Source: a virus. Taken from it: a DNA stretch of 36,199 nucleotides. Both the position numbers and the translations under genes were made by a program. Positions 17,724 to 24,014 of the stretch are shown here, piece after piece. Location: IMG/VR virus record IMGVR_UViG_3300029620_000021. One strand, written 5' to 3'. How positions within the stretch are numbered: the stretch's first letter is position 1; each line of letters opens with the position of its first letter. The notes below the pieces were generated by a model. The model worked only from the letters and a program-made list of their open reading frames with translations. It was not told the DNA's origin and made no database searches.

Positions 17724-18207
17724 CCTTCTTGCCCTCCATTTCCTGCAAAGCCTTCTCGGCTTCTTCGCGGGTTAAAAATACGGTTTTGCCGATGTCCTCT
17801 GGTCTGATCGTCCCGAGACCTAGCGTATTCAGCACAGTCCGCCCGTTCAGCGTGCTCACGTCCGATACGGTAAAACTATATACCCGCTTAACCGGTTGAT
17901 TGCAGTACGTCCACAGTTCATCTCCCTGCCTGCACGGCAGCACCACCACACGCCCGTCCTTGTCGGCCTCGGCAAGCTCTACAAGCCTGCTGATTGGCGT
18001 ATTGTTTAGCGTTTCGAGATCAACCATGTGCTTTGCACATAGCGCAAGCTTAACCGTTTCTACTGCTTCCGGTTCAAGCCCCGTGTCCTCGTAGGCTTTC
18101 AGACGTTCCCACACCTCCTTCTGCGCGCAATTCCCGTCATACTTACACGGCAGTTCGCGGCACCGCGCGATGTCGCAGAAGTTTCCTTCAAACGTTAATC
18201 GCTCCAA
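17701..18207 (-). CDS. Hypothetical early protein, paralog A (Cys-cluster + AYEDTGL + VVLPC motifs)
   Basis: 168 aa, TTG start 8 nt after AAGGAG. It shares ERL(K/A)AYEDTGL(E/S)PE and ADK(D/E)GR-VVLPC with 18455-18952. Confidence 0.7.
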   Translation of the reverse strand: MERLTFEGNFCDIARCRELPCKYDGNCAQKEVWERLKAYEDTGLEPEAVETVKLALCAKHMVDLETLNNTPISRLVELAEADKDGRVVVLPCRQGDELWTYCNQPVKRVYSFTVSDVSTLNGRTVLNTLGLGTIRPEDIGKTVFLTREEAEKALQEMEGKKDGNETNM

Positions 18208-18454
18208 AATTCCATCTCCTTCCCGACGTATTCACAATATGCTTTCTCAAGGCGCGCCTGCGCTTTCCGCTGCGTCCGGCAGGAAAACAACCGCGTCCGC
18301 CACGTCGATCATTGCAAAGCAGATCCGCATATAGTCTGCTGGGGCCATGCCCTCCGGCAGCTCGGCAGGATTGAGCACTTTGCCACCAGCCCCCAGTTTG
18401 CATGGTTCCTGCTCGTGCCGATGGCCATAAGTATCTTTCTTGCACGTTTTCTGG
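18208..18454 (-). pseudogene. Decayed mosaic gene remnant (repeat of 17221-17302 fused to DUF4406-like C-terminus, frameshifted)
   Basis: The coding signal is split over three frames. An ATG at 18447 gives MTRKRARKILMAIGTSRNHANWG (copy of an internal part of 17048-17545). A second frame gives VLNPAELPEGMAPADYMRICFAMIDVADAVVFLPDAAESAGAP*. A third continues RLEKAYCEYVGKEMEFWSD*. Confidence 0.45.
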
Positions 18455-18952
18455 TCATGGCCTGCCCTCCATCGCCCGCTCGACCTCAATGCAGGTATAG
18501 TGGCGACTGAAATAATCCCAATTTGTCACGCAGTCGCTTCCCGCATCGTCCGGCGTTGCATCCTCATAATCAAAGTAGATGTTGATATTCTCCCCAAATG
18601 GTTCCATGCTGACGATTACTGCGGTTATGCGCACCGCGCGACCGTCCTCATCTACCCATCGTTCTCCCACCTTGCACGGCAGCACGACGCACCGCCCCTC
18701 TTTGTCAGCCGCATGCAGGTTGTGTGCTCGCTCAATTCTGGATGTGTCATTGTCAAAAGCTGCTTCGACGACTTCTTTCATCCAAGAAACCTTTTCAGGG
18801 CTTAACCCTGTGTCCTCGTAGGCCGCAAGTCGCTCACACACCGCTGTTTTAAACGGGCAATCCTTGATTTTGCACCCTCTGCCGTAGCACGGTTCTTTAA
18901 AGCAGCGCGGGTAATAGGCATGACGGGTTTGTCCGCCATTCCATTCAGTCAA
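18455..18952 (-). CDS. Hypothetical early protein, paralog B
   Basis: 165 aa. TTG is the only in-frame start after an upstream TAA, and no clear RBS is visible. Paralogous to 17701-18207. Confidence 0.6.
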   Translation of the reverse strand: MTEWNGGQTRHAYYPRCFKEPCYGRGCKIKDCPFKTAVCERLAAYEDTGLSPEKVSWMKEVVEAAFDNDTSRIERAHNLHAADKEGRCVVLPCKVGERWVDEDGRAVRITAVIVSMEPFGENINIYFDYEDATPDDAGSDCVTNWDYFSRHYTCIEVERAMEGRP

Positions 18953-18992
18953 TCGTAAATTTTAAGATCATCGATCTGCGGGGTAGTCGATG

Positions 18993-19232
18993 CTATTTCG
19001 CAATGTGTTTGCGCCTCCTTATCTGGTTGTCGGCATGGACCATCTGCTTTCCCGCTGCAAGATCGGGCTGCAGGCTGTCCCTGTCGCGGTGGTTTACATC
19101 GTAGATGTGGTTCCGGATGCTCTCGTAGAGCGTCCAGGTGCAGCACCCGACGCGGCATGTGCCGCTTCGGTCCGGGCAGTTCCGGCCGCAGGGCGGCGGG
19201 ATGGGCCGCATACGCGGCGCAAAATAATTCAC
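18993..19232 (-). CDS. Cys-rich hypothetical protein
   Basis: 79 aa from a GTG that overlaps the upstream stop (GTGA), with RBS AGGAGGAAG. Contains CGRNCPDRSGTCRVGCC. Confidence 0.6.
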   Translation of the reverse strand: MNYFAPRMRPIPPPCGRNCPDRSGTCRVGCCTWTLYESIRNHIYDVNHRDRDSLQPDLAAGKQMVHADNQIRRRKHIAK

Positions 19233-19459
19233 TCCGCTTCCTCCTGTACGTGCTGCAGCCATGCCGCGAGCTTTTGCAGCGCCGTCTCGCGCTGCAGCAG
19301 GTCTTCGACCGTGTCCCGGTCGACGCGCGGCATGCTCTGCAGAATCTCCCGGTCATTGGCGCAGTCATCGGCAAAGGCCAGGACCGCGTCGATGATGTCG
19401 GCCAGCTGATCCGGCCGGAGCTCGACCGGGATCTTCGGCTCGTCCTTCACCGGCTTCAC
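19229..19459 (-). CDS. Acidic hypothetical protein
   Basis: 76 aa from a GTG overlapping the upstream stop (GTGA). Confidence 0.55.
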   Translation of the reverse strand: MKPVKDEPKIPVELRPDQLADIIDAVLAFADDCANDREILQSMPRVDRDTVEDLLQRETALQKLAAWLQHVQEEAE

Positions 19460-19701
19460 AGGATCCCGTAGGTCGTCAGGCCCAGCGCGATCGCGCCGGT
19501 CGCGACGCAGGCGTCGGTCATCTCTGCGTACCCGGCGATCACCGCCAGCACAAAGGCCGCGCCGCCCAGCCACACGCAGCATGTCTTCGCCACGCGCCGC
19601 ATGGCCTCCCGGTACCGCAGCTCCTCCAGCAGCCGCTCCTGCCGCTCCCTGGTCTCTTCCTCCGGCTCATACCCGAGCCGTTCCGCAAGGTTGGTTCTCA
19701 T
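19456..19701 (-). CDS. Small membrane protein
   Basis: 81 aa from the ATG at 19701 (RBS TAAGGAGAAG). Charged N-terminus followed by two hydrophobic segments. Confidence 0.65.
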   Translation of the reverse strand: MRTNLAERLGYEPEEETRERQERLLEELRYREAMRRVAKTCCVWLGGAAFVLAVIAGYAEMTDACVATGAIALGLTTYGIL

Positions 19702-19734
19702 AATGCTTCTCCTTATCTTCTTCCGTCCAATTTG

Positions 19735-19763
19735 TTGACACACCTCTATTCCCCTCTTATAAT
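19735..19763 (+). promoter_or_regulatory. Perfect consensus sigma-70/sigma-A promoter TTGACA-17 nt-TATAAT, plus strand
   Basis: TTGACA at 19735-19740 and TATAAT at 19758-19763, with an exactly 17-nt spacer. It points against the surrounding minus-strand operon. Confidence 0.7.
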
Positions 19764-19775
19764 GATCGTGTCAAT

Positions 19776-19940
19776 ATGAGGGGGAGGTCTGAAATTGCGC
19801 TTCAGCTCGCGATTGCCGCGATCGAAAAGGGCAATCTGATCATTACTGATTCGAGCAATGAATCTCTCGGCGACCAGATTGCTGTGCTTTTCAACCGCAT
19901 CTATCGCGGGCTCGACACTCATTGCGGCTCTGATTCCTAA
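19776..19940 (+). CDS. Possible 54-aa ORF driven by the consensus promoter (near-leaderless); an alternative 58-aa minus-strand ORF occupies 19746-19922
   Basis: The ATG lies 13 nt after the -10 box. The peptide is MRGRSEIALQLAIAAIEKGNLIITDSSNESLGDQIAVLFNRIYRGLDTHCGSDS. Third-position GC is slightly higher in the plus frame than in the minus frame (hand count), so the strand is unresolved. Confidence 0.35.
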   Translation: MRGRSEIALQLAIAAIEKGNLIITDSSNESLGDQIAVLFNRIYRGLDTHCGSDS

Positions 19941-20086
19941 AACTGCCGCAGCTCATGCAGCAGCGCAGTCAGGACCGTGATTGCGTTGCACGTTTCTGCC
20001 TTTCCGGCAGGCGATCCGCCGTTCTGGGCCAGCAACTGCAACTGCTGTTCCAGTGCGGCGATCGTTTTTTTCTTGAGCTCATCCAC
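19937..20086 (-). CDS. Small hypothetical protein
   Basis: 49 aa from a GTG overlapping the upstream stop (GTGGATGA). Confidence 0.45.
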   Translation of the reverse strand: MDELKKKTIAALEQQLQLLAQNGGSPAGKAETCNAITVLTALLHELRQF

Positions 20087-20285
20087 CCAGCGCACCCCCT
20101 TCCAGATCCAGAATCTTCTCGATCGCAGCCTTGACCTGCTTGCCCTTCCGGGCTCCATTCAGTATCTTGCTGAGATATGTCTTGTCGCAGGGGATCCCAA
20201 TCCCCCTGACCTGCGTAACCAGCCAGTCCTGCGTCTTGTCCAGATCGATCAGCCGCTTGCGCACGGTCTTCCCGAAATTTGTCAT
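20079..20285 (-). CDS. Small HTH DNA-binding protein (XRE/Cro-like)
   Basis: 68 aa. The segment KTQDWLVTQVRGIGIPCDKTYLSKILNGARKG resembles an XRE-type helix-turn-helix. Confidence 0.55.
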   Translation of the reverse strand: MTNFGKTVRKRLIDLDKTQDWLVTQVRGIGIPCDKTYLSKILNGARKGKQVKAAIEKILDLEGGALGG

Positions 20286-20497
20286 GCTGTCTCCTTCTTC
20301 GCTTCCTGCATCCGCCTGACGAGACGCGCCAGACGGGCGTTTTGTGTAACGAGCTTCTGCGCGTCCAGGTCAAGCCCCTTGCGCTTCAGCCCGTTTATGA
20401 TCTGCGCCGCCTGGCACTCACACACCATCGCCGCTTCGATCAGATCATGCAGCTCCTGCGCATCCAGCGTCAGGGTGTAGCTCTTGACGTTCGCCAT
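20282..20497 (-). CDS. Small hypothetical protein
   Basis: 71 aa from the ATG at 20497 (RBS TAGGAG). The upstream part of the 102-aa track ORF is Arg-rich. Confidence 0.6.
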   Translation of the reverse strand: MANVKSYTLTLDAQELHDLIEAAMVCECQAAQIINGLKRKGLDLDAQKLVTQNARLARLVRRMQEAKKETA

Positions 20498-20532
20498 AAT
20501 ATCGACTCCTATGTACGCGCCTTGCGGCGCGT

Positions 20533-20745
20533 TTAATTGCTGGCCGCGGGCAGACGCCCTTCGGCTGCGGCCCGCTCGAGGATCTGCCACGCCACGCGGC
20601 GGGCGGCCTGCCGGTTGGCCTCTTTCTGCTCCGGCGTCAGGCGGCGCAGGTAGTTGTCGGCGATATACGCCGTGCAGTTTGGAAAATGATACTCGGCCAC
20701 GATGTGCGGCTCTTCGTCCGCGATCGGGTCATACGGCTTTCTCAT
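20533..20745 (-). CDS. Small hypothetical protein
   Basis: 70 aa with RBS GGAAGGAGG. Confidence 0.65.
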   Translation of the reverse strand: MRKPYDPIADEEPHIVAEYHFPNCTAYIADNYLRRLTPEQKEANRQAARRVAWQILERAAAEGRLPAASN

Positions 20746-20852
20746 GGTTCAGCCTCCTTCCGGCGTTAGTTTTTCCAGATTTTACAGTCTTACGCTTTTT
20801 ACCCTTGTTCGGTCCCCGCCCACGTGGTAAGATGTTGGCGGGTGGTGTTTTT

Positions 20853-21179
20853 ATGACTGATAAACAACTTAAGATTTGCGCCGCTGTCGTTCGCAAGCAC
20901 AGGCTCGGCGACATTCTCGACGAAACCGGCTGTGGCAACTATCTGGTGCTCCAGGATGCTATGCCCGTCGGGGCGCTCATTTTCAGCGATGATGCGCAGA
21001 ACGACGATACCATTGTGACGCTGGCCGACTTCGCGCAGGAGGAATACGACAAGCACGTGCGGGACACTTCTCGGTATCGGCTCTCCATTATCCTCTCGGC
21101 GTTGGCCCTCTTGATTTCCTTCGCCGCGCTGCTCTTTTCGGCCAGCTCTCTTTTCGGCTGGCCGTTTACGCCCGCGTGA
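20853..21179 (+). CDS. Opposite-strand embedded gene: 108-aa protein with C-terminal TM anchor
   Basis: ATG at 20853. A candidate promoter TTGTTC-17-TAAGAT lies at 20805-20833. The protein is MTDKQLKICAAVVRKHRLGD...RYRLSIILSALALLISFAALLFSASSLFGW. No minus-strand ORF fills this interval. Confidence 0.6.
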   Translation: MTDKQLKICAAVVRKHRLGDILDETGCGNYLVLQDAMPVGALIFSDDAQNDDTIVTLADFAQEEYDKHVRDTSRYRLSIILSALALLISFAALLFSASSLFGWPFTPA

Positions 21180-21333
21180 AAGCAACGATGGCGACGGCCA
21201 GCGTCAGCAGCGATACGATCATCGAAGCGATCCCAATCACCAGCTGGACGGTTGCCCGACGCTTGCGCGTCCGTTCCCGATCGCGCGCTTCTTCTTGCGC
21301 CCATCTGGTGAGCTTTTCTTCCTGCGTTTCCAC
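21166..21333 (-). CDS. Small membrane protein (55 aa)
   Basis: GTG start 3 nt after the upstream stop. The peptide is VETQEEKLTRWAQEEARDRERTRKRRATVQLVIGIASMIVSLLTLAVAIVAF. It is below the ORF-track length cutoff. Confidence 0.45.
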   Translation of the reverse strand: METQEEKLTRWAQEEARDRERTRKRRATVQLVIGIASMIVSLLTLAVAIVAFTRA

Positions 21334-21336
21334 GGC

Positions 21337-21483
21337 TCACGCCTCCTTCCGCTCGTCTTTCTTGCTCTCCTGCGCCAGCATCATGCCGTAGGCGATATCG
21401 CTCAGGCGCTGGAGCTGTTCGTCGGTCAGATTCCCGGACTGTTCTTTCAGGTAGTCCATGACCTGCTTTTCCTTCTCGGACAT
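21337..21483 (-). CDS. First early gene, 48-aa acidic protein
   Basis: ATG at 21483 follows RBS GAGGTGAG. The peptide is MSEKEKQVMDYLKEQSGNLTDEQLQRLSDIAYGMMLAQESKKDERKEA. It is below the ORF-track length cutoff. Confidence 0.5.
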   Translation of the reverse strand: MSEKEKQVMDYLKEQSGNLTDEQLQRLSDIAYGMMLAQESKKDERKEA

Positions 21484-21525
21484 TGTTCTCACCTCGCGTT
21501 GTCACAACACTTTGTTTCTGTGTTT

Positions 21526-21630
21526 TGTATTGTGACTACACTGTACCACTATTCCGATGTTTTGTCAATACATATCCGTAAAATATTTTTCATCTTTTTG
21601 TATTGACAATACATCCATCGCGTGTATAAT
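21526..21630. promoter_or_regulatory. Divergent lysis/lysogeny switch: three operator-like sites plus back-to-back promoters
   Basis: A perfect 15-bp palindrome TGTATTGACAATACA lies at 21599-21613. Related sites are at 21558-21572 (13/15) and 21526-21540 (12/15). The plus promoter is TTGACA 21603-21608 / TATAAT 21625-21630 (16-nt spacer). The minus promoter is TTGACA (rc 21563-21568) / TACAGT (rc 21540-21545), 17-nt spacer. Confidence 0.7.
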
Positions 21631-21650
21631 ATAGTCATGAGGTGATTTCA

Positions 21651-22022
21651 ATGACCATCAACGAGCGAATCAAAGAGATCCGCAGATCTTCCGGACTCTC
21701 TCAAACCGACTTCGCCGAACGTCTCGGCACGACCCGCGGCGTGATCACAAACCTTGAGGGCGAGAAGACGAGCCCGAATGAGCCGTTTATTAAGCTGATC
21801 TGCCGGGAGTTTAATGTGAACGAAGATTGGCTCCGCACTGGCGAGGGCGAGATGAAGCAGAAGCTGACGAGGAATCAGGAGATCGCCGAGTTCATGGGCG
21901 TCGTCATGCACGACCCGGACGACTCGCCGCGCAAGCGGTTTGTATCGATCATCAGCAAGCTCAGCGTCGACGAATGGCAGCTGCTCGCCGAGATCGCAAA
22001 AAAAATGGCCGAGGACGGATGA
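21651..22022 (+). CDS. CI-like repressor, XRE-family HTH
   Basis: 123 aa from the ATG at 21651 (RBS TGAGGTGA). The HTH is INERIKEIRRSSGLSQTDFAERLGTTRGVITNLEGEKTSP. It is divergent from the early operon. No S24 peptidase domain is apparent. Confidence 0.85.
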   Translation: MTINERIKEIRRSSGLSQTDFAERLGTTRGVITNLEGEKTSPNEPFIKLICREFNVNEDWLRTGEGEMKQKLTRNQEIAEFMGVVMHDPDDSPRKRFVSIISKLSVDEWQLLAEIAKKMAEDG

Positions 22023-22041
22023 CCGCCCTCGGCTCTTTTTT
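22008..22041 (+). terminator. Intrinsic terminator after the repressor gene
   Basis: GCCGAGG / CCTCGGC stem (7 bp, 12-nt loop) followed by TCTTTTTT. Confidence 0.55.
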
Positions 22042-22043
22042 CT

Positions 22044-22148
22044 CTATGCGACCAGTCCGCGCAGGAAGCGCCAGACCAGATCGAGTTGTTCCGTCGTCGC
22101 AAGCCGCAGCATGCGGCGGATGTCCTGCAGGTAAAAACTTCGCGTCAT
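22044..22148 (-). CDS. Possible 34-aa ORF antisense-oriented downstream of the repressor
   Basis: MTRSFYLQDIRRMLRLATTEQLDLVWRFLRGLVA, with GGGGGA 9 nt upstream of the ATG. Support is weak. Confidence 0.25.
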   Translation of the reverse strand: MTRSFYLQDIRRMLRLATTEQLDLVWRFLRGLVA

Positions 22149-22344
22149 CCTATCCATTCCCCCATTCTTCCACAAAAAGACCGTTCATTTTTTGTTCACT
22201 TTTCCGGTTGTGCTTTCCTCGGCGGTGGCTTACAATATTTGTAGATTCCTTTTCTTGACTCGCACAATTATATTAGAACATACGTTCGTTAATTACAATT
22301 ATGAGAGTCTACAAAAATTTACATATCAAACTGGAGGTTTTGCC

Positions 22345-22866
22345 ATGAAACAGACATGGCGCAGGGTTCTGCTTGTGCTGGTCTGCTGTGTGCTGGCCTT
22401 TGTCGGCTGGGTCGGCCTGCTCCGTCTGGCGGACACGATCTCCGCCACCCGCTCTTACAAATCTTCGCCCGCAGAGCTTCGCGCGGCGGCCGACGCCGCT
22501 GTGCTCCCCGCCGCGGATCCGGCCTTTACCGGCAGCACGGAATATACAGACGCGGAACAGGCCGAGGCGCAGGCCGAGTATTACGCCAGCATCGGCGGTG
22601 ACCCGCTCGACGTGGAGCCGCTGGAATCGATCGTCGGCGATTTTGTTTCGTTCCTCCCTGGCACGCTTCCCGCAGAGGCTCCGGCCATCTCCGGTGCGAC
22701 CGGCGACAGCATCCACACGTATATCTACAACAAGTCCAGCGGCGTTTTCCATCTTCCCGGCTGCTCGCACGTCGACCAGATGAACCCCGAGAACCGCGGC
22801 AGCTTCACCGGCTCGCGTGAAGAGGCCGCCGCGCTGTACACGCCGTGCAAGGATTGTAATCCGTAG
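22345..22866 (+). CDS. Signal-anchored protein with C-terminal Ada-type Zn-finger-like motif
   Basis: 173 aa from the ATG at 22345 (RBS GGAGG). It has an N-terminal TM helix. The C-terminus VFHLPGCSHVDQMNPENRGSFTGSREEAAALYTPCKDCNP fits the H-x-P-x-C...N..F...EA...G/Y-x-PC-K-x-C pattern. Confidence 0.65.
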   Translation: MKQTWRRVLLVLVCCVLAFVGWVGLLRLADTISATRSYKSSPAELRAAADAAVLPAADPAFTGSTEYTDAEQAEAQAEYYASIGGDPLDVEPLESIVGDFVSFLPGTLPAEAPAISGATGDSIHTYIYNKSSGVFHLPGCSHVDQMNPENRGSFTGSREEAAALYTPCKDCNP

Positions 22867-22874
22867 GAGGTTTT

Positions 22875-23366
22875 ATGTACTGTAACAAATGTGGCAAGGA
22901 GATCGACGATGAGGCTCTGATCTGCCCGTACTGCGGCTGCGGGACCGTGAATTACATCCGCGACCAGGCGAAGGCCGAGTCCCGCGCGCGGGAGCCCCGC
23001 CAGCCCGCGCAGAAGAAGCGCTCGAGTGCGCTGCTGCTCTGTATCTTCCTCGGCGGCTTCGGTGCACATCGTTTTTATGTCGGCAAGATCTGGACGGGGC
23101 TTCTTTGGCTCTTTACGCTCGGCTTTTGGGGCATTGGCACGCTGGTTGATTTTTGCCGGATCTATGATAACAAGTTTACAGACGACGCCGGGCGCCCGCT
23201 CTACGATGAGTACACGGATGGCATGACGCCTGAGGAATACGAGTCCGCCGTCGCTGGTCCCCGCAGAGTCCGGAAAGTTATCATCGTCATTGCCCTTGCG
23301 CTTTGTGCCGGCTGCTTCCTGTTCGTCCGCGTCATCCCCAGCCTCATGTACGCGCTTGGTTTTTGA
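22875..23366 (+). CDS. Zn-ribbon + TM2-domain membrane protein
   Basis: 163 aa. Contains CNKCG...CPYCG, then LLLCIFLGGFGAHRFYVGKIWTGLLWLFTLGFWGIGTLVD (TM2 signature). Confidence 0.8.
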   Translation: MYCNKCGKEIDDEALICPYCGCGTVNYIRDQAKAESRAREPRQPAQKKRSSALLLCIFLGGFGAHRFYVGKIWTGLLWLFTLGFWGIGTLVDFCRIYDNKFTDDAGRPLYDEYTDGMTPEEYESAVAGPRRVRKVIIVIALALCAGCFLFVRVIPSLMYALGF

Positions 23367-23372
23367 GATGTC

Positions 23373-23408
23373 GCCCGCGCCGCTGGCCGAACAACGGCGC
23401 GGGCTTTT
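23373..23408 (+). terminator. Intrinsic terminator
   Basis: 10-bp GC stem GCCCGCGCCG / CGGCGCGGGC followed by TTTT. Confidence 0.7.
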
Positions 23409-23532
23409 GCTTGCGCAGGCGACCGGGAGCCGTCTGTAACTTTAGGGTAGCCTGTCCACGGTAGACTTGTAAAGATATGGCAGTTGCTTTTTGCAGTCAG
23501 ACGTCTTGCTTTTTTTGGGGGAATGACATGTT

Positions 23533-23943
23533 TTGAAGGAAAAATTATCTGATTTGTGCCGTGAGCAGAAGCAGACGGTCACTCCGCACAAAACAAATCA
23601 GGACGTTGCCGAAAACACCGACCTTTCCGTCGGCACCGTCTCCCAGTTCTTTCGCGGCGACATCAAAAATCCGTCTGTTTACACGGTCGGCCCGATCTGC
23701 CGGGAGATGGGCGTTTCTATGGACGATTATTTCGGCATCCCGCATGACGAGCCTGCCGAGCCTTCCGATGCTGAAAAGCTCCGCGCCGAGAACGCGGCCC
23801 TTCGTGCGCAGCTTGCCCAGCAGCAGAAGTCCCTGCGCATGCACCGGCTTGTGACGCTCATCCTCTTGGGCATTCTTTCGCTGTGTGCCCTCGCGCTTGT
23901 GGCCGACGTACTCAGCCCATCGATCGGCTGGTTCCGCGCATAA
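23533..23943 (+). CDS. Membrane-anchored XRE-family HTH protein
   Basis: 136 aa, TTG start. HTH-like NQDVAENTDLSVGTVSQFFRGDIKNPS, a coiled segment, then a C-terminal TM (LVTLILLGILSLCALALVADVL). Confidence 0.6.
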   Translation: MKEKLSDLCREQKQTVTPHKTNQDVAENTDLSVGTVSQFFRGDIKNPSVYTVGPICREMGVSMDDYFGIPHDEPAEPSDAEKLRAENAALRAQLAQQQKSLRMHRLVTLILLGILSLCALALVADVLSPSIGWFRA

Positions 23944-24014
23944 ATCAAACCGCCCCGGCCCAGCGCCGGAGCGGTATCCGTATAACCTTTTGCCCTTGTG
24001 GTGAGAATCTGCTT

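Noticed and set aside
20939-21505. 188-aa minus-strand ORF covering the start of the early operon.
   Set aside because: It is highly Arg/Gly/Glu-rich and overlaps two short ORFs with good RBS/start context and the plus-strand 108-aa gene. It is probably a spurious long frame.
23409-23532. Alternative attP location upstream of the membrane-anchored HTH/int pair (CTTTAGGGTAGCC...GGTAGACTTGTAAAG).
   Set aside because: Only short end complementarity (CTTTA/TAAAG) and a GGTAG direct repeat are present. Its position between lysogeny genes would split the module on integration. It is less likely than 25605-25663 but not excluded.
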